Positions 11,163-22,200 are shown, counted from the stretch's first letter. The stretch: 64,000 nt of DNA from Sedimentisphaerales bacterium (GCA_963663965.2 CAXXFK010000020.1:192001-256000); one strand, 5' to 3'. Numbers and translations are program-made. The notes: a model not told the origin generated them from the sequence alone.

Positions 11163-12576
11163 CACTCTTGTCCAAAATAAATTTTGACAATTAAATAGAG
11201 ATATCTCCAGGATGAGTTATATTAAAGTTGCAAAAAAATAAAAAACTCAGCTGGAGATATAAACCCATGATAAAGTCAGGCAGTCTGTTTACGCAAGTAC
11301 TTTCTCTGGTAGATCGTAATGAATTTGCCCGATCTGTAGATCGATTTGGGGCGGAAAAGCATTGCAAGGGCTTCCGTTGCTGGGATCAGTTTGTGTCAAT
11401 GATGTTTTGCCAGTTGGCCGGTGCGAACTCCCTGCGTGAGATCTGTGGTGGATTATCCACGGCCCTGGGCAAATTGACCCATCTGGGCATGAAAGAGGCG
11501 CCCTCCCGTTCCACCCTGAGCTACGCGAATACTCAGCGGCCATGGCAGTTGTATGAAGCGACCTTCTATCAGCTTTATCAGTATGGCGCTGAGATCGCCG
11601 GTAAGCAGAAGCGGCGCTTCCGATTCAAGAACCCGTTATTCAGCATAGATGCCAGCACCATTGACTTGTGCCTTAAGGTGTTTGACTGGGCCAGATTTCG
11701 GCAGCGTAAAGGAGCGGTGAAACTCCACATGATGCTTGATCACCAGGGCTGTTTGCCCAGTTGGGCCTGGATCACCGACGGCAAGGTTCATGATGTCAAA
11801 GCGGCCAGAATGCTTGATTTAGAGCCGGGAACGATCGTAGCGATGGATCGAGGGTATGTCGATTACGAATTATTTGACCACTGGACTGAAACCGGTGTCT
11901 GGTTTGTCACCAAAGCCAAAAGTAATATGAACTACCGCGTGGTCGAATCTCGGGAGGTTCCTGAGAGAGGCAATATTCTGTCCGATGAGTTGATCGAATT
12001 TACCGGTTATCAAGCCCAAAAAAGATGCCCTCGTGTGATGCGGCGGATTGTGGTATGGGATGCGGAAAATGAGCGTGAGATTACCTTGCTGACCAATCAT
12101 CTGACATTTGCCGCCAGCACGATCAGTTCGATCTACAAAGATCGCTGGCAGATTGAGTTGTTTTTCAAGGCGCTCAAGCAGAATTTAAAAGTAAAGACCT
12201 TTGTGGGTACCAGCGAAAATGCCGTCAAGACACAGATTTGGACAGCATTGATATGTAGCTTAATACTGAAGATCATGCAGATGCGTTCCCGTTTTGGCTG
12301 GAGCCTGTCTAACCTGGCCGCCCTGTTAAGGCTTAACTTGATGACTTATCGTGAGTTGTGGACATGGCTGGATAATCCGTATCAAACGGCGGCATTAGGG
12401 CCGCCTGTCAACCAGCCCTTATTGTTTGAACTGTAACTTGGACAGCATGAAATATAACCGTATAAAAAAACAGGGTAACCTGAACTCAGAAAATGGAAAA
12501 ATCTGTCTGAAACAACCCTTTCAGGCCGGTTTAGAGACAACATGTTAGAGATTTCAATTTATTTTGGACAGCAGTG
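11163..12576 (+). mobile_element. IS4-family insertion sequence, 1414 bp, with 9-bp target-site duplication
   Basis: Left IR CACTCTTGTCCAAAATAAATT versus right IR (reverse complement) CACTGCTGTCCAAAATAAATT, 19/21 identical; flanking direct repeat AAGTACGAT at 11154-11162 and 12577-12585. Confidence 0.95.
11267..12436 (+). CDS. IS4-family DDE transposase (DUF4372 + DDE_Tnp_1 type)
   Basis: GGAG RBS before the ATG at 11267; WDQFVSMMFCQL..SLREI, RSTLSYAN, IDASTIDL, MDRGYVD and YKDRWQIELFFKALKQNL motifs. Confidence 0.93.
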   Translation: MIKSGSLFTQVLSLVDRNEFARSVDRFGAEKHCKGFRCWDQFVSMMFCQLAGANSLREICGGLSTALGKLTHLGMKEAPSRSTLSYANTQRPWQLYEATFYQLYQYGAEIAGKQKRRFRFKNPLFSIDASTIDLCLKVFDWARFRQRKGAVKLHMMLDHQGCLPSWAWITDGKVHDVKAARMLDLEPGTIVAMDRGYVDYELFDHWTETGVWFVTKAKSNMNYRVVESREVPERGNILSDELIEFTGYQAQKRCPRVMRRIVVWDAENEREITLLTNHLTFAASTISSIYKDRWQIELFFKALKQNLKVKTFVGTSENAVKTQIWTALICSLILKIMQMRSRFGWSLSNLAALLRLNLMTYRELWTWLDNPYQTAALGPPVNQPLLFEL

Positions 12577-12693
12577 AAGTACGATATTATCGGGTTTCAT
12601 CTCCCCGAGAGTGCGATTTGTATTTGCGCAGACATATCCTGCATAAAATACCAGAGAAATGAATGGTATCACCATAAACCGTTTCTTTTTCAT
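12577..12693 (-). pseudogene. 5' 39 codons (signal peptide) of the Sel1-repeat gene
   Basis: GAAAGGAG RBS, then MKKKRFMVIPFISLVFYAGYVCANTNRTLGEMKPDNIVL; joins in frame to NILKQIIGQN... at 11153 once the IS and one TSD copy are removed. Confidence 0.88.
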
Positions 12694-13005
12694 TGCTTAA
12701 TACTCCTTTCACAAATAATGATAACATTGATTAAAATTCAATCTATCAACGAAGTATAAATCTGTAAGTATTTATAACATGGATAATACTGCTGGTAAAT
12801 AAATTTATGTCAATTCTAGTTCATTGTCGGCAATCCATAATCGGAATTTTATATTTAAAATAATTGGGTATATGATATAATACGCCATATAATCTATCGG
12901 ACATTCAGAATATAACATGCGACCAAATATGACATTAAGTAGCGTTGCTATCACATATTGAGTCAGGAAATCCAAGTTCGATTATTATGAAAGGAATTTG
13001 CGGAT

Positions 13006-15465
13006 ATGATCAGCATGTATAAAAAATCTTCATTACGGGATTATCTAATTATTGGTTTGACTCTCGTTTTTTGGGGTAGTTTGTGTAATCTTGCCTTCGG
13101 CGTCGACCCGCTCATACCAGTAGAAACCAGCGCCATCAAAGTCAACGGCTTCTGGTCAACCCAATATAACCGGCTCACCGAAAAATGGCTGCCCCATTGT
13201 ATCAAGGAAATGGAAGAGGGCGGCCGCGGCCGGGAACTGCTCAATCTGGTCAATACCGCCAAAGCGCTCAAGGGCGAATCCCACGGCAAATTTACCGGTC
13301 TGCCCTGGAGCGACGCCTATGTCTACAATACCGTCGAATCCATCTGTATGGCGCTGGCCATCGATCCGCAGGATGACGAAACCCTGAAAAAAGCCCAGGC
13401 GTTGCTGAGAACCAAACTCGAAGAATGGATTCCCATTATTCTGGCGGCGCAAATGGACAGCGGCTATATCCATTCCTACCACACCCTGAACGAACTGGAG
13501 CATTTCAGCAATATCGATGCCCACGAGTTTTACGTCATGGGCTATTTTCTGGAAATGGGCGTGGCGCATTACCGCATGACCAATGGTCAGGACCGGCGGC
13601 TTTATGACGCATCGAAGAAACTGGCCGATCATCTCTGCGCCACCTTTGGTCCGGAACCCAAACGCACCTGGAAAAACGGACACCCCGGCCTGGAATACGC
13701 CCTCTGCCGTCTGGGCCGGCTGGTCAATGAAGTCGATGGCCCCGGCAAAGGCAATGGGTATATCGACCTGGCCAAACATTTTCTGGACCATCAACACGAG
13801 ATCAAACCCAACCCTTACAACCAGTCGGAACGACCCGCTATCGAAATGGAACACGCCACCGGCCACGCCGTCCGGGCCACCTATTTTTATACCGCCATGG
13901 CGGATATGGCCTTATTGAAAAACGATCAGAACTATCTGCGCGCGGTGGACCGGCTCTGGTCCAACGCCATCCATCGCAAACATTACCTCACCGGCGGCGT
14001 GGGCGCGTCCCACAACGGCGAGGCATTCGCCGACGATTTTGACCTGCGCAACGATGGCTATTGCGAATCCTGCGCCAGTTGCGGTATGTCGTTCTGGGCG
14101 GATCGCATGCACCGGATCCATCACAGCGGCCACTATCAGGATGTGATCGAACGGGTGCTCTACAACAACGTGCTGGGCGCCCTGGAACTGTCCGGCGAAA
14201 ACTTTTTCTATCAGAACCCGCTCGCTTCCGACCGGTCACGCTACCCCTGGCACGCCTGCCCCTGCTGCGTGGGCAATATCCCCCGCGCCCTGCTGACCAT
14301 CAAGGATATCATGTACGCCACCAACGCCCAAAAAAACACCCTCTACCTCAACCAGTTTATGGATAGCGAGATGACCATCGGCGACATCGGCGGAACCTCA
14401 CTGCTGATCCGCCAGGAAACGGACTATCCCTGGCAGGGAACGGTTAAAATCAACCTGACCCCGGCGCGGCGCGCAACCTTTACCCTGAAACTGCGCGTAC
14501 CCGACCGGACCGAAAGCCAGCTATACACGGCAACACCCGATCTGAGCGGTGAATTTGAACTCAAAGTCAACGGCAAACGTCAACGCCTGACCGTGGAATA
14601 TGGCTACGTCAGCGTGCGGCGCGCGTGGCGCAAGGGCGACAAGGTGGAGTTGACCCTGCCCATGCCGGTCCAGCGGATTCATAGTGATGAACGGGTCATC
14701 GCCGATTTCGGGCGGGTGGCTATCATTCGCGGCCCACTCGTCTACAGCTTCGAACAGGTTGACCATCAGGCCGATGTCCGTAAACTGGTGATCGAGCCGG
14801 ATACCCCCTTAACGGCCCAATGGCAGCCGGAATTACTCGAAGGCGTCATGACCGTCACCGGCACAGCGACCATCCGGGAAGATGGCAAAGCACAGACCGT
14901 CCCTCTGATGGGCGTGCCGAACTATGCCCGGTTGAATCGGGGCGGCTATTCGCAGATCTGGATGCTGGAAGATCCCGATAAGGCCATTGACCCGGCCCTG
15001 CTGGCGGAGCAAAGCCGCAAAATCACACCCATCCCACGACCCGATCTCGAACCCCGGCAGATCGACCGGGTCATCGTCGCCGACTATCAATCGGAAAAAG
15101 CCCACAAACTCAAAGGCGAAAAGACCGACGCCGGCGAATTCAGCAACCGCGGCTGGCGCCATGCCGGCGGCGGGTGGTTCAGTTATCAGCTCAAAGTGGA
15201 TCCCCACACCGATAACGTTCTGCTGTGCAGCTTCTGGGGCAGCGATGTCGGCAACCGCGTTTTCGATATTGTTGTGGCGGACAGGGTCCTGGGCCAACTC
15301 AAACTCGACCGCAACAAACCCAATGAGTTCTTCGATGTCAGCTATCCGATCCCATCCGAATTGATCCAGGGCAAAGAAACCGTCGAGGTCCGCTTCGTCG
15401 CCGCCTCCCCCAACGCCACCGCCGGCGGCGTGTTCGATATCTGGATCTTACGCGAAAAGGAATAA
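13006..15465 (+). CDS. Secreted GH127 beta-L-arabinofuranosidase (HypBA1-like) with DUF6805-like C-terminal domain
   Basis: Signal peptide; HEFY..G, GHAVRA.Y, YCESCASC, YNNVLG, FFYQNPL and CPCCVGN Zn-cysteine motifs; C-terminal WRHA.GGWFSY..FWGSD..R.FDI domain. Confidence 0.9.
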   Translation: MISMYKKSSLRDYLIIGLTLVFWGSLCNLAFGVDPLIPVETSAIKVNGFWSTQYNRLTEKWLPHCIKEMEEGGRGRELLNLVNTAKALKGESHGKFTGLPWSDAYVYNTVESICMALAIDPQDDETLKKAQALLRTKLEEWIPIILAAQMDSGYIHSYHTLNELEHFSNIDAHEFYVMGYFLEMGVAHYRMTNGQDRRLYDASKKLADHLCATFGPEPKRTWKNGHPGLEYALCRLGRLVNEVDGPGKGNGYIDLAKHFLDHQHEIKPNPYNQSERPAIEMEHATGHAVRATYFYTAMADMALLKNDQNYLRAVDRLWSNAIHRKHYLTGGVGASHNGEAFADDFDLRNDGYCESCASCGMSFWADRMHRIHHSGHYQDVIERVLYNNVLGALELSGENFFYQNPLASDRSRYPWHACPCCVGNIPRALLTIKDIMYATNAQKNTLYLNQFMDSEMTIGDIGGTSLLIRQETDYPWQGTVKINLTPARRATFTLKLRVPDRTESQLYTATPDLSGEFELKVNGKRQRLTVEYGYVSVRRAWRKGDKVELTLPMPVQRIHSDERVIADFGRVAIIRGPLVYSFEQVDHQADVRKLVIEPDTPLTAQWQPELLEGVMTVTGTATIREDGKAQTVPLMGVPNYARLNRGGYSQIWMLEDPDKAIDPALLAEQSRKITPIPRPDLEPRQIDRVIVADYQSEKAHKLKGEKTDAGEFSNRGWRHAGGGWFSYQLKVDPHTDNVLLCSFWGSDVGNRVFDIVVADRVLGQLKLDRNKPNEFFDVSYPIPSELIQGKETVEVRFVAASPNATAGGVFDIWILREKE

Positions 15466-15486
15466 TCCCCAACGGGCAAAACGACC

Positions 15487-16158
15487 ATGCGTAACCCGAT
15501 ACGGCGCAGCAAAAAAATTGGAATCACCCAGGGCGGCCGGGTAAAAGATGGCCGCCCTGATGAAAAATGGAGCCGGTTCCTCAGCGGCGATATCTGGCAG
15601 CAGCTTTCCCAGAATACCCCGGATAGCCAATGCCGCCTGCTAACCGAAAACCCATCGAAGAGATTCTACCATCCTTGCCAGGCAAAAGACTATCTATCCA
15701 TCCTGAACCGGCTGCCGGCCCATCTTGCCCAACCGGTAAAGGCCATCGTATTGCGCCGAATCCATAAACTGGACTATAAGCTTGGCATCGAAGCGCGCAT
15801 GCGCTTCTCCTGTGTCATCCTGAACGCGTTTCCCCGCTCCAACGAAATGACCTGGCCCGGGAAACCCACCGAGGCAACCCGCAGGCATTACGAACGCTGG
15901 TGTTCGAATTGGATTAATCAGGATGATCAGAAGTTCATACTGCGCTGGACTGATGAAGAAGTAAAACGCTATTATCTCTATCATCTATTCCTGCATGAAG
16001 TCGGCCACATCAATCAACCCTGGTCCATTAAACAACGGCAGCGTGAAGAATTCGCCGAAAACTTTGCACTGGAATGGGCCTCCAAACTGGGAAAACTGCA
16101 CAAAAATCTCAAATTTAAAATAGAATGCAAAGCCCAGAATATTCTCGCCATTTTCTGA
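15487..16158 (+). CDS. Hypothetical protein with HEXXH zinc-metallopeptidase-like motif
   Basis: YHLFLHEVGH followed by EEFAENFA (candidate third Zn ligand); basic N-terminus; no signal peptide. Confidence 0.6.
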   Translation: MRNPIRRSKKIGITQGGRVKDGRPDEKWSRFLSGDIWQQLSQNTPDSQCRLLTENPSKRFYHPCQAKDYLSILNRLPAHLAQPVKAIVLRRIHKLDYKLGIEARMRFSCVILNAFPRSNEMTWPGKPTEATRRHYERWCSNWINQDDQKFILRWTDEEVKRYYLYHLFLHEVGHINQPWSIKQRQREEFAENFALEWASKLGKLHKNLKFKIECKAQNILAIF

Positions 16159-16241
16159 AAGCTTTCAGAGTTTTTGTCCGTTTCTATATGTATACAAATA
16201 AATACACAATTTAACCTTATTTAAGAAACTGACTGGCTGTC

Positions 16242-19019
16242 ATGCAACATCAAAAAACACTTACCGGTATCGTTTTTTTTATTATTTATCTATTTGTATT
16301 AAGTTTGTCCAACTCGAGCCTGGCCCAGACCAATCTCATCCGCAACGGTAATTTCGAAGGCGGCTTGCTCTACTGGCATAATCAGGATAGTCTGGCAGTT
16401 GTCAAGGAAGGTAAGGTTGGCGATTACGCCCTCCGGATCAACAGCGGCTGGACACTCAGCGCTCCGTTTGTCGCCGAATCCGATGCGATTTATACCATTA
16501 GTCTATGGGCGCGAACGATAACTGGATCAGGTCGCATCAATATCGGCATGGCTCCCACAGCACGTGAAGTCGCGGTCAATGCCAGACGTATCTGGCATCA
16601 AGATGGCGGTAAAGAAGCAGAACTGACCACCGAGTGGAAACGGATTGCCGTTTCCTGGAAGGCGGATGTCCCCCAGAATGGATTCTGGCCGTACCCTCAC
16701 TACGGAATTGTCATTGATAACTCCAATCAGAATAAGGCGATTCTTGTTGATGGAGTTACCGTCATCAAAGGCGAAGACAAAATCGCGCCGGACTATATCC
16801 CGCGCCGCCCGGTGGAAGTGCTGGCCGATCCAACCAACCTGCCGGGCTGGGATGGAGCGAAGGGTAACCTCTATGAAAAAGGCGCTGTCGCCACTCTTAA
16901 CGGCTATGTTTCGAATCCGGGATCGACAAGCCAGACCGTGACTGCCCGCTGGCTATTGATGGATTATGAAGGCGTGAAAGCCTGGTCTGATCCGATTGAT
17001 GAAAAAATTACCCTTTCACCTGGCCAGACCCGGATAGTTCCGACTCAACTGCCTCTAACAGCAACCGGCACCGTGATCGCACGGCTATCTGCACTTGATT
17101 CAGCAGGACAGGTTATCGACGTTTCAGACCTGCCGCTGACCTCACTGGCCTATCCTGAGACCGCAACTCAAAATGATTATCGAGAACGGTTCGGCGGATC
17201 GTTTGCCGGCGCGGTCGGTTGTCTGGAAAAAATGCAGCGTATCGGATTCGGCTGGTGCCGGTGGTGGCCCGAGAATAAATGGCACAACTTCCAGCCGACC
17301 AAAGACACCTTCAACTGGCAGCAAGAAAAATTCGATGAGGCCTTCCACCGGGGGATTGCCTGCCATATTGTGCTGTATGGCGAACCCAAATGGGCCAATG
17401 ACGGCGCCAGCCCGTTACCCAACGACATGCGCTGGGCCGGCGACGATCCCCGCTGGAATGATGACACCATCGAAACGAGCTGGGATACTTATATTAAAAC
17501 CGCGGTACGCACATTTAAAGGTAAACCAGTAATCTTTCAGATCGCCAATGAACCGGGCCATGACAAACGCTGGCATGACATGAAGGAAGCGTATGTCCAG
17601 TTCAACCTGCGTACCGCCCGTTTAATCAAAATGACTGATCCCGACGCGAAAGTTTCGCTTAATAACGTCTATGGCAACCCCAGTCCCCCCAACGCGGCGC
17701 TGCTGGCTACCGGTCGATTACAAAACTTTGATGTGTGGTCGTGGCATGACTATCGGGCCGGCTGGCTGTTGGATGCCCAGGGCATCAGGCGCATGCGGCA
17801 AATGCTCGATGAAGCAGGCGGTAAACACATGCAAATCTGGTTCACCGAAGGCTGGATGTACACGAACACTCTAGTGGACCAACCGCCCGCCTGTACCCAC
17901 CTGGATAGTGTTCAGAGCGCCCATGCCGTCAGCAACAGTATTGCCGAAATCACCGCGATCGGCCATGACAAAGTAATCATGTTTCACCTGCTCTATGAAA
18001 CCCACGGCCAGAGCTTCTGGGATTACAGCGGGCCGGGCGTGATGTTGTGGGATTGGTACCAATATCCGCTGCCCACCCTGGCGGTCTGGAATTCACTCAA
18101 TTACCATATCGGCCTGAGTGATCGGGCCGGATTCGTCCGCCCCCCTGGCGCCAACCTATGTATCTTCCAGGACCTGCGCCATCACCGCGGCGTCATGATC
18201 GCCTACGCCGACCGTAACTCTAAACAGGACGCCGTAATCGAACTACCCATCCACAACCTGATGGCAGAAGACATAATGGGTAATCCTGTTACCATCGTTA
18301 AGAACCAGCTGATCCTTTCTAAAACTGAACGTCCAGTGGTTTTATATGCCACTGATGATACTACTGGTCGCGTTCTCTACCAGACCTGCGAGCCGCTTGA
18401 CCGGAAATACCTGGGCTTTGTCAGCAGCGATGCGGCCGGCCGAAAAATCTATCGCATTCCCGATATCTGGGAAGGTGAGCAGAAAAACACCGCAAAGGGC
18501 AATCCCGTCCATAACGACGGCCGGCCTGTCTGGCGGATCGACCGGCTCTATCCCAATGACCGGATCATGCCCAATCATTACACGCCGATGGTCTGGGGTA
18601 ATCAATGCTGGATAGCACCGGACCACACCCATGGCGGGCATCCCAGCGCTACGGTTAAAGATGGGATTATCCGATTCGGCGCCATGGGACCCTGGAATGG
18701 TAACGATACCAATTTTAAAAAGCAGGGCGCACTGGTCTTTATCGTACCTGACACCGGCCTCTATCATCTTCAGGCAACCGCCAGTTCTCAGCCATGGGGC
18801 GGATCACAAGGTATCGCTAATGTCTTTGTGATGAAACGCGATGAGCAGCGCGTAGGCGTGATCAAGCAATATGATTTACCCCCAGATAACTCTCCCGTCG
18901 CCATTGACATCGAAATCGATGCCGCCACTGGCCACGAACTGATCTTGCTGGTAGAAATGGCGCCGTATCATAACTCATCCAATATCAGTTTGAAGGATAT
19001 CGTAATAACCAGAGACTAA
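16242..19019 (+). CDS. Secreted multidomain glycoside hydrolase (CBM4/9-like N-terminus + clan GH-A TIM barrel + C-terminal beta domain)
   Basis: Signal peptide; NLIRNGNFE.G CBM-type start; FQIANEPG acid/base and IWFTEG nucleophile motifs; SWHDY. Confidence 0.7.
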   Translation: MQHQKTLTGIVFFIIYLFVLSLSNSSLAQTNLIRNGNFEGGLLYWHNQDSLAVVKEGKVGDYALRINSGWTLSAPFVAESDAIYTISLWARTITGSGRINIGMAPTAREVAVNARRIWHQDGGKEAELTTEWKRIAVSWKADVPQNGFWPYPHYGIVIDNSNQNKAILVDGVTVIKGEDKIAPDYIPRRPVEVLADPTNLPGWDGAKGNLYEKGAVATLNGYVSNPGSTSQTVTARWLLMDYEGVKAWSDPIDEKITLSPGQTRIVPTQLPLTATGTVIARLSALDSAGQVIDVSDLPLTSLAYPETATQNDYRERFGGSFAGAVGCLEKMQRIGFGWCRWWPENKWHNFQPTKDTFNWQQEKFDEAFHRGIACHIVLYGEPKWANDGASPLPNDMRWAGDDPRWNDDTIETSWDTYIKTAVRTFKGKPVIFQIANEPGHDKRWHDMKEAYVQFNLRTARLIKMTDPDAKVSLNNVYGNPSPPNAALLATGRLQNFDVWSWHDYRAGWLLDAQGIRRMRQMLDEAGGKHMQIWFTEGWMYTNTLVDQPPACTHLDSVQSAHAVSNSIAEITAIGHDKVIMFHLLYETHGQSFWDYSGPGVMLWDWYQYPLPTLAVWNSLNYHIGLSDRAGFVRPPGANLCIFQDLRHHRGVMIAYADRNSKQDAVIELPIHNLMAEDIMGNPVTIVKNQLILSKTERPVVLYATDDTTGRVLYQTCEPLDRKYLGFVSSDAAGRKIYRIPDIWEGEQKNTAKGNPVHNDGRPVWRIDRLYPNDRIMPNHYTPMVWGNQCWIAPDHTHGGHPSATVKDGIIRFGAMGPWNGNDTNFKKQGALVFIVPDTGLYHLQATASSQPWGGSQGIANVFVMKRDEQRVGVIKQYDLPPDNSPVAIDIEIDAATGHELILLVEMAPYHNSSNISLKDIVITRD

Positions 19020-19249
19020 TCGATAAGATTATAACACCACCCCTTCCCCCTCAGCCACAATGTGTTTGATATTCTCTAACGCCCGACACATCTTAGGCCG
19101 ACCAGGCAACCGAACTACTTCATTCAATAGCGTAATTTTCAGCTGGCCCCCTGCGTCGTGCTTGGAAATAGAATCCGCACCTGATAAATTAAGGGCACCT
19201 TAATTTATTTCGTAAAGATACCCTTTCTTAAAATAGTTATGATTCTATC

Positions 19250-22200
19250 CTACAACTCCATCTCCGGATTCAACTCCACCTCCACCATAAACGGTTGACT
19301 CTCGGCGCGGTTGTCCGGCTGATAATATTCATAGACCCGGGCCGGTTCGATGCGGGCCTTCACCGGGTATTTGGCCTTGAGCTGATAGTCAAATGTAAAG
19401 GGCTTGTCTGCCGGCAGCGCGCGCAGATACAGGATACACTGCGTCCCGGTTATTTCATATCGGGCCAGTTGACCGGCGGCCTGCAACAACTGGAACCCGG
19501 CCGGATCCACTCCGAATCCCGGCGGAATACCCAGATCGACAATCGCCATCGGCACCACACCCCCGGACAGATTACGCACCGTCACCGTACAGCCCAGCCG
19601 GTCATCCACTCCCAGCCGGGTCCGGTCATAACTCACCGCGATATCCAGCTGCCGGTCCGGCCCGGGCTCAACCAGAGTCCCCGGCTCACGATCCGGCACC
19701 CAGTACCCGCCGCTCAACCGATACGGAATACTGCCGCCGCGGCTGCTGATACGGATCGCGTTTTCGCCCGGCCGCAGGATCTCTGACAAATTGAGCGCCT
19801 GCACCAGGTCACTGTTGCGCGCGTCAATCACCGCCTGCCCGGCCGGCCGGCCATTCACCTGCACCTCCAGTTGAATGGTCTGATCCGAGCCCAGCGCCTG
19901 ACGCATCCCCATCATCAGCGCCTTCATGGTCAGTATCGTACTCTGGGTGGAATGCCAGGAGCCATAGCTATCCTTCTGCCGGGTCAGCCAGGTCAGCGCC
20001 TTGCGGACAATCTCACCGTGGCGGTTGCCCTTCATCAGGGCCATCGTCCCCAGCGCCGTTGTCTCGATATCCAGGCATATGCCGCGCGAATACATCATCC
20101 CGCAACCATCGCCGCTCAGGAGGGCCAGCTGACCCTCCTGCTCAAACCGATTCGCCAGCACATCCGCCAGCTGCCTGCCGGCAGTGTCATTGGGATTAGC
20201 CGCCAACAGCGCGTTGGCCGCCAGCGCCATCACATACGGCGACCGGACCTCACCGAGATGCTCCCTCAGATACGCCATCGCGCGCGCCACGCCCTCATGC
20301 TCGATACCCGCTTCAGCCAGGTTCCAGGCAATATAGGCGGTCGGGGCGACCGGGCCCATCCGCTGGACATCCACCAGGTGCACATCCCGGTCATCCGGCC
20401 AGGATCCATCCTCCCGCTGCTTGCCAAACAGCCAGGCGGCGGTGCGGTCGATGATCCGCTTGTCCACCGAATGCACCCTGGCCATATCCGAAAATTCCAT
20501 CACGCCATAAGCGCTCAGCATAATATTGGCCGGTGGATTGCCGAACCAGTCAAAGCCGCCGCCGGCCACCTCAAAGGTCAGCAGCCGCTGATAACCCGCG
20601 GCAATGAACTTGCGGGCCTTTGCCTCGATCTCCGGCGTCACCTGTTTGGTTTCCAGCATATATTGCAGAACCATGATATTCGGATAAGTAATCGAGCTGG
20701 TCTGCTCGAAGCAGCCATACGGCATCTGGAAAATAGCGTCCAGGCCCTCCATCACCTCGCTGAAGGTCGATGGATACAACGTCAGCTGCAACTGCTGCGA
20801 ATGGGCAATCGCCTCTTCCGCCAGGGTCAGCGTATGCCGGTTATCGCCCGTCAGCGAATCGCTCACCAGCCAGTTTACCTCGCGGCCGTCCGGCTTTACG
20901 CGCACCTCGCGCCGGATCGCGTCGCTCATCGCCTGGCCCTGCGCCAGTACCATCAGCGGATGCGTGCCCACCTCAACCGCCTTGATCCGGAACGAGACCG
21001 ACAACACCTCATTCGGCTGGAGTGTCAGCTGCTTGCGCGATTGATCCAACACCTCGCACCACGAATCCACCTGCAAAGCCAGCTCCACTGTCTGCTCACG
21101 ATTCAAATAGTTATAACAGACCACCGGCAGGGTAATCTCATCGTTGCGCGTCAAAGCCACCGGCAAATCCAGGTCCACAAAGAAATCCTGGAACACCTTC
21201 AAACCCAGTTCGCAACTGCCCAGTTGCCCACCGGCCGAAACCGCGTCGATATTCATCCGCCAGGTAGTAATTGAATCGGCCGCCGTCAACTCGATCCGGG
21301 CCCGGCCGCCATCATCCGTGATCACCTGCGGCTGCCACAACAGTGTCTCAGGAAAATAATGGCGTACACGGGGGGGGGCGCTACTCTGACCTGTCATAGA
21401 CTCTGAAAACAATGAAGGATTATCATTTCTGACCATCTCGATGGCACTATCGGCCGCTTGCATGGCACTTGCCGCGACCATTTCTTTCGCCCTGATCCTT
21501 GATCTACCTAAAGCCGGCATAAATAATGATGAAACAAATAAAGATAAAAATAAAATAAGTACAATTTTCAAAATCAAATATCGAATTTGTATGATTGCAC
21601 TGAAAAACAGAATCAGCATACCGATGATTGTCCCTATAATCAAAAGTCTGAAAAAGGTATTCTTAAATATCTTCTCCATCGAACCTGACTTTTTCTGGTT
21701 ATCATATCGATTAGCATAAGAAATTGAATACATCGGTTTATCAGGTTTGAGAATCTTCATAATCTCTTGATATCTGGGTTGATTTAAAATTTCACTAAAA
21801 CCGGGATTATCGATATATTTTTGAATATTTTCCAGAATATGTGGATCAATATATTCTTTGAGCTCCTTTAAAATCTGAGCGTTTCGCAATGAATCCACTG
21901 CATTTTTTTCCCGAATCGAAAACAGCGCCATCGCCAGCGTCTGATAGCGTTCATCACCACCCAGCAGTTGCGCCGGCGATACTGCAAACTTGATCTGATA
22001 GGCCGGCTGCAGCATCTCCTCATCGATCGCGAAAAACTGCTCCATCAATCCCGGCCGGTTCTCGCCCACGTAAAAGACTGCCTCATCCACCGCGCACACC
22101 CCCAGCGCCGCCGGGACCGATTGCCGGTACCGGTCTGTCACCTGCAAATCAATTGTCACCGGATCACCCGGCCGGTAAACCGGCTTGTCAGGCCGCGCGT

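Noticed and set aside
12438..12447. Internal TTGGACAGCA copy of the IS4 right end just after the transposase stop
   Set aside because: Only 10 bp and not followed by the TSD; the true end at 12576 is fixed by the 9-bp duplication.
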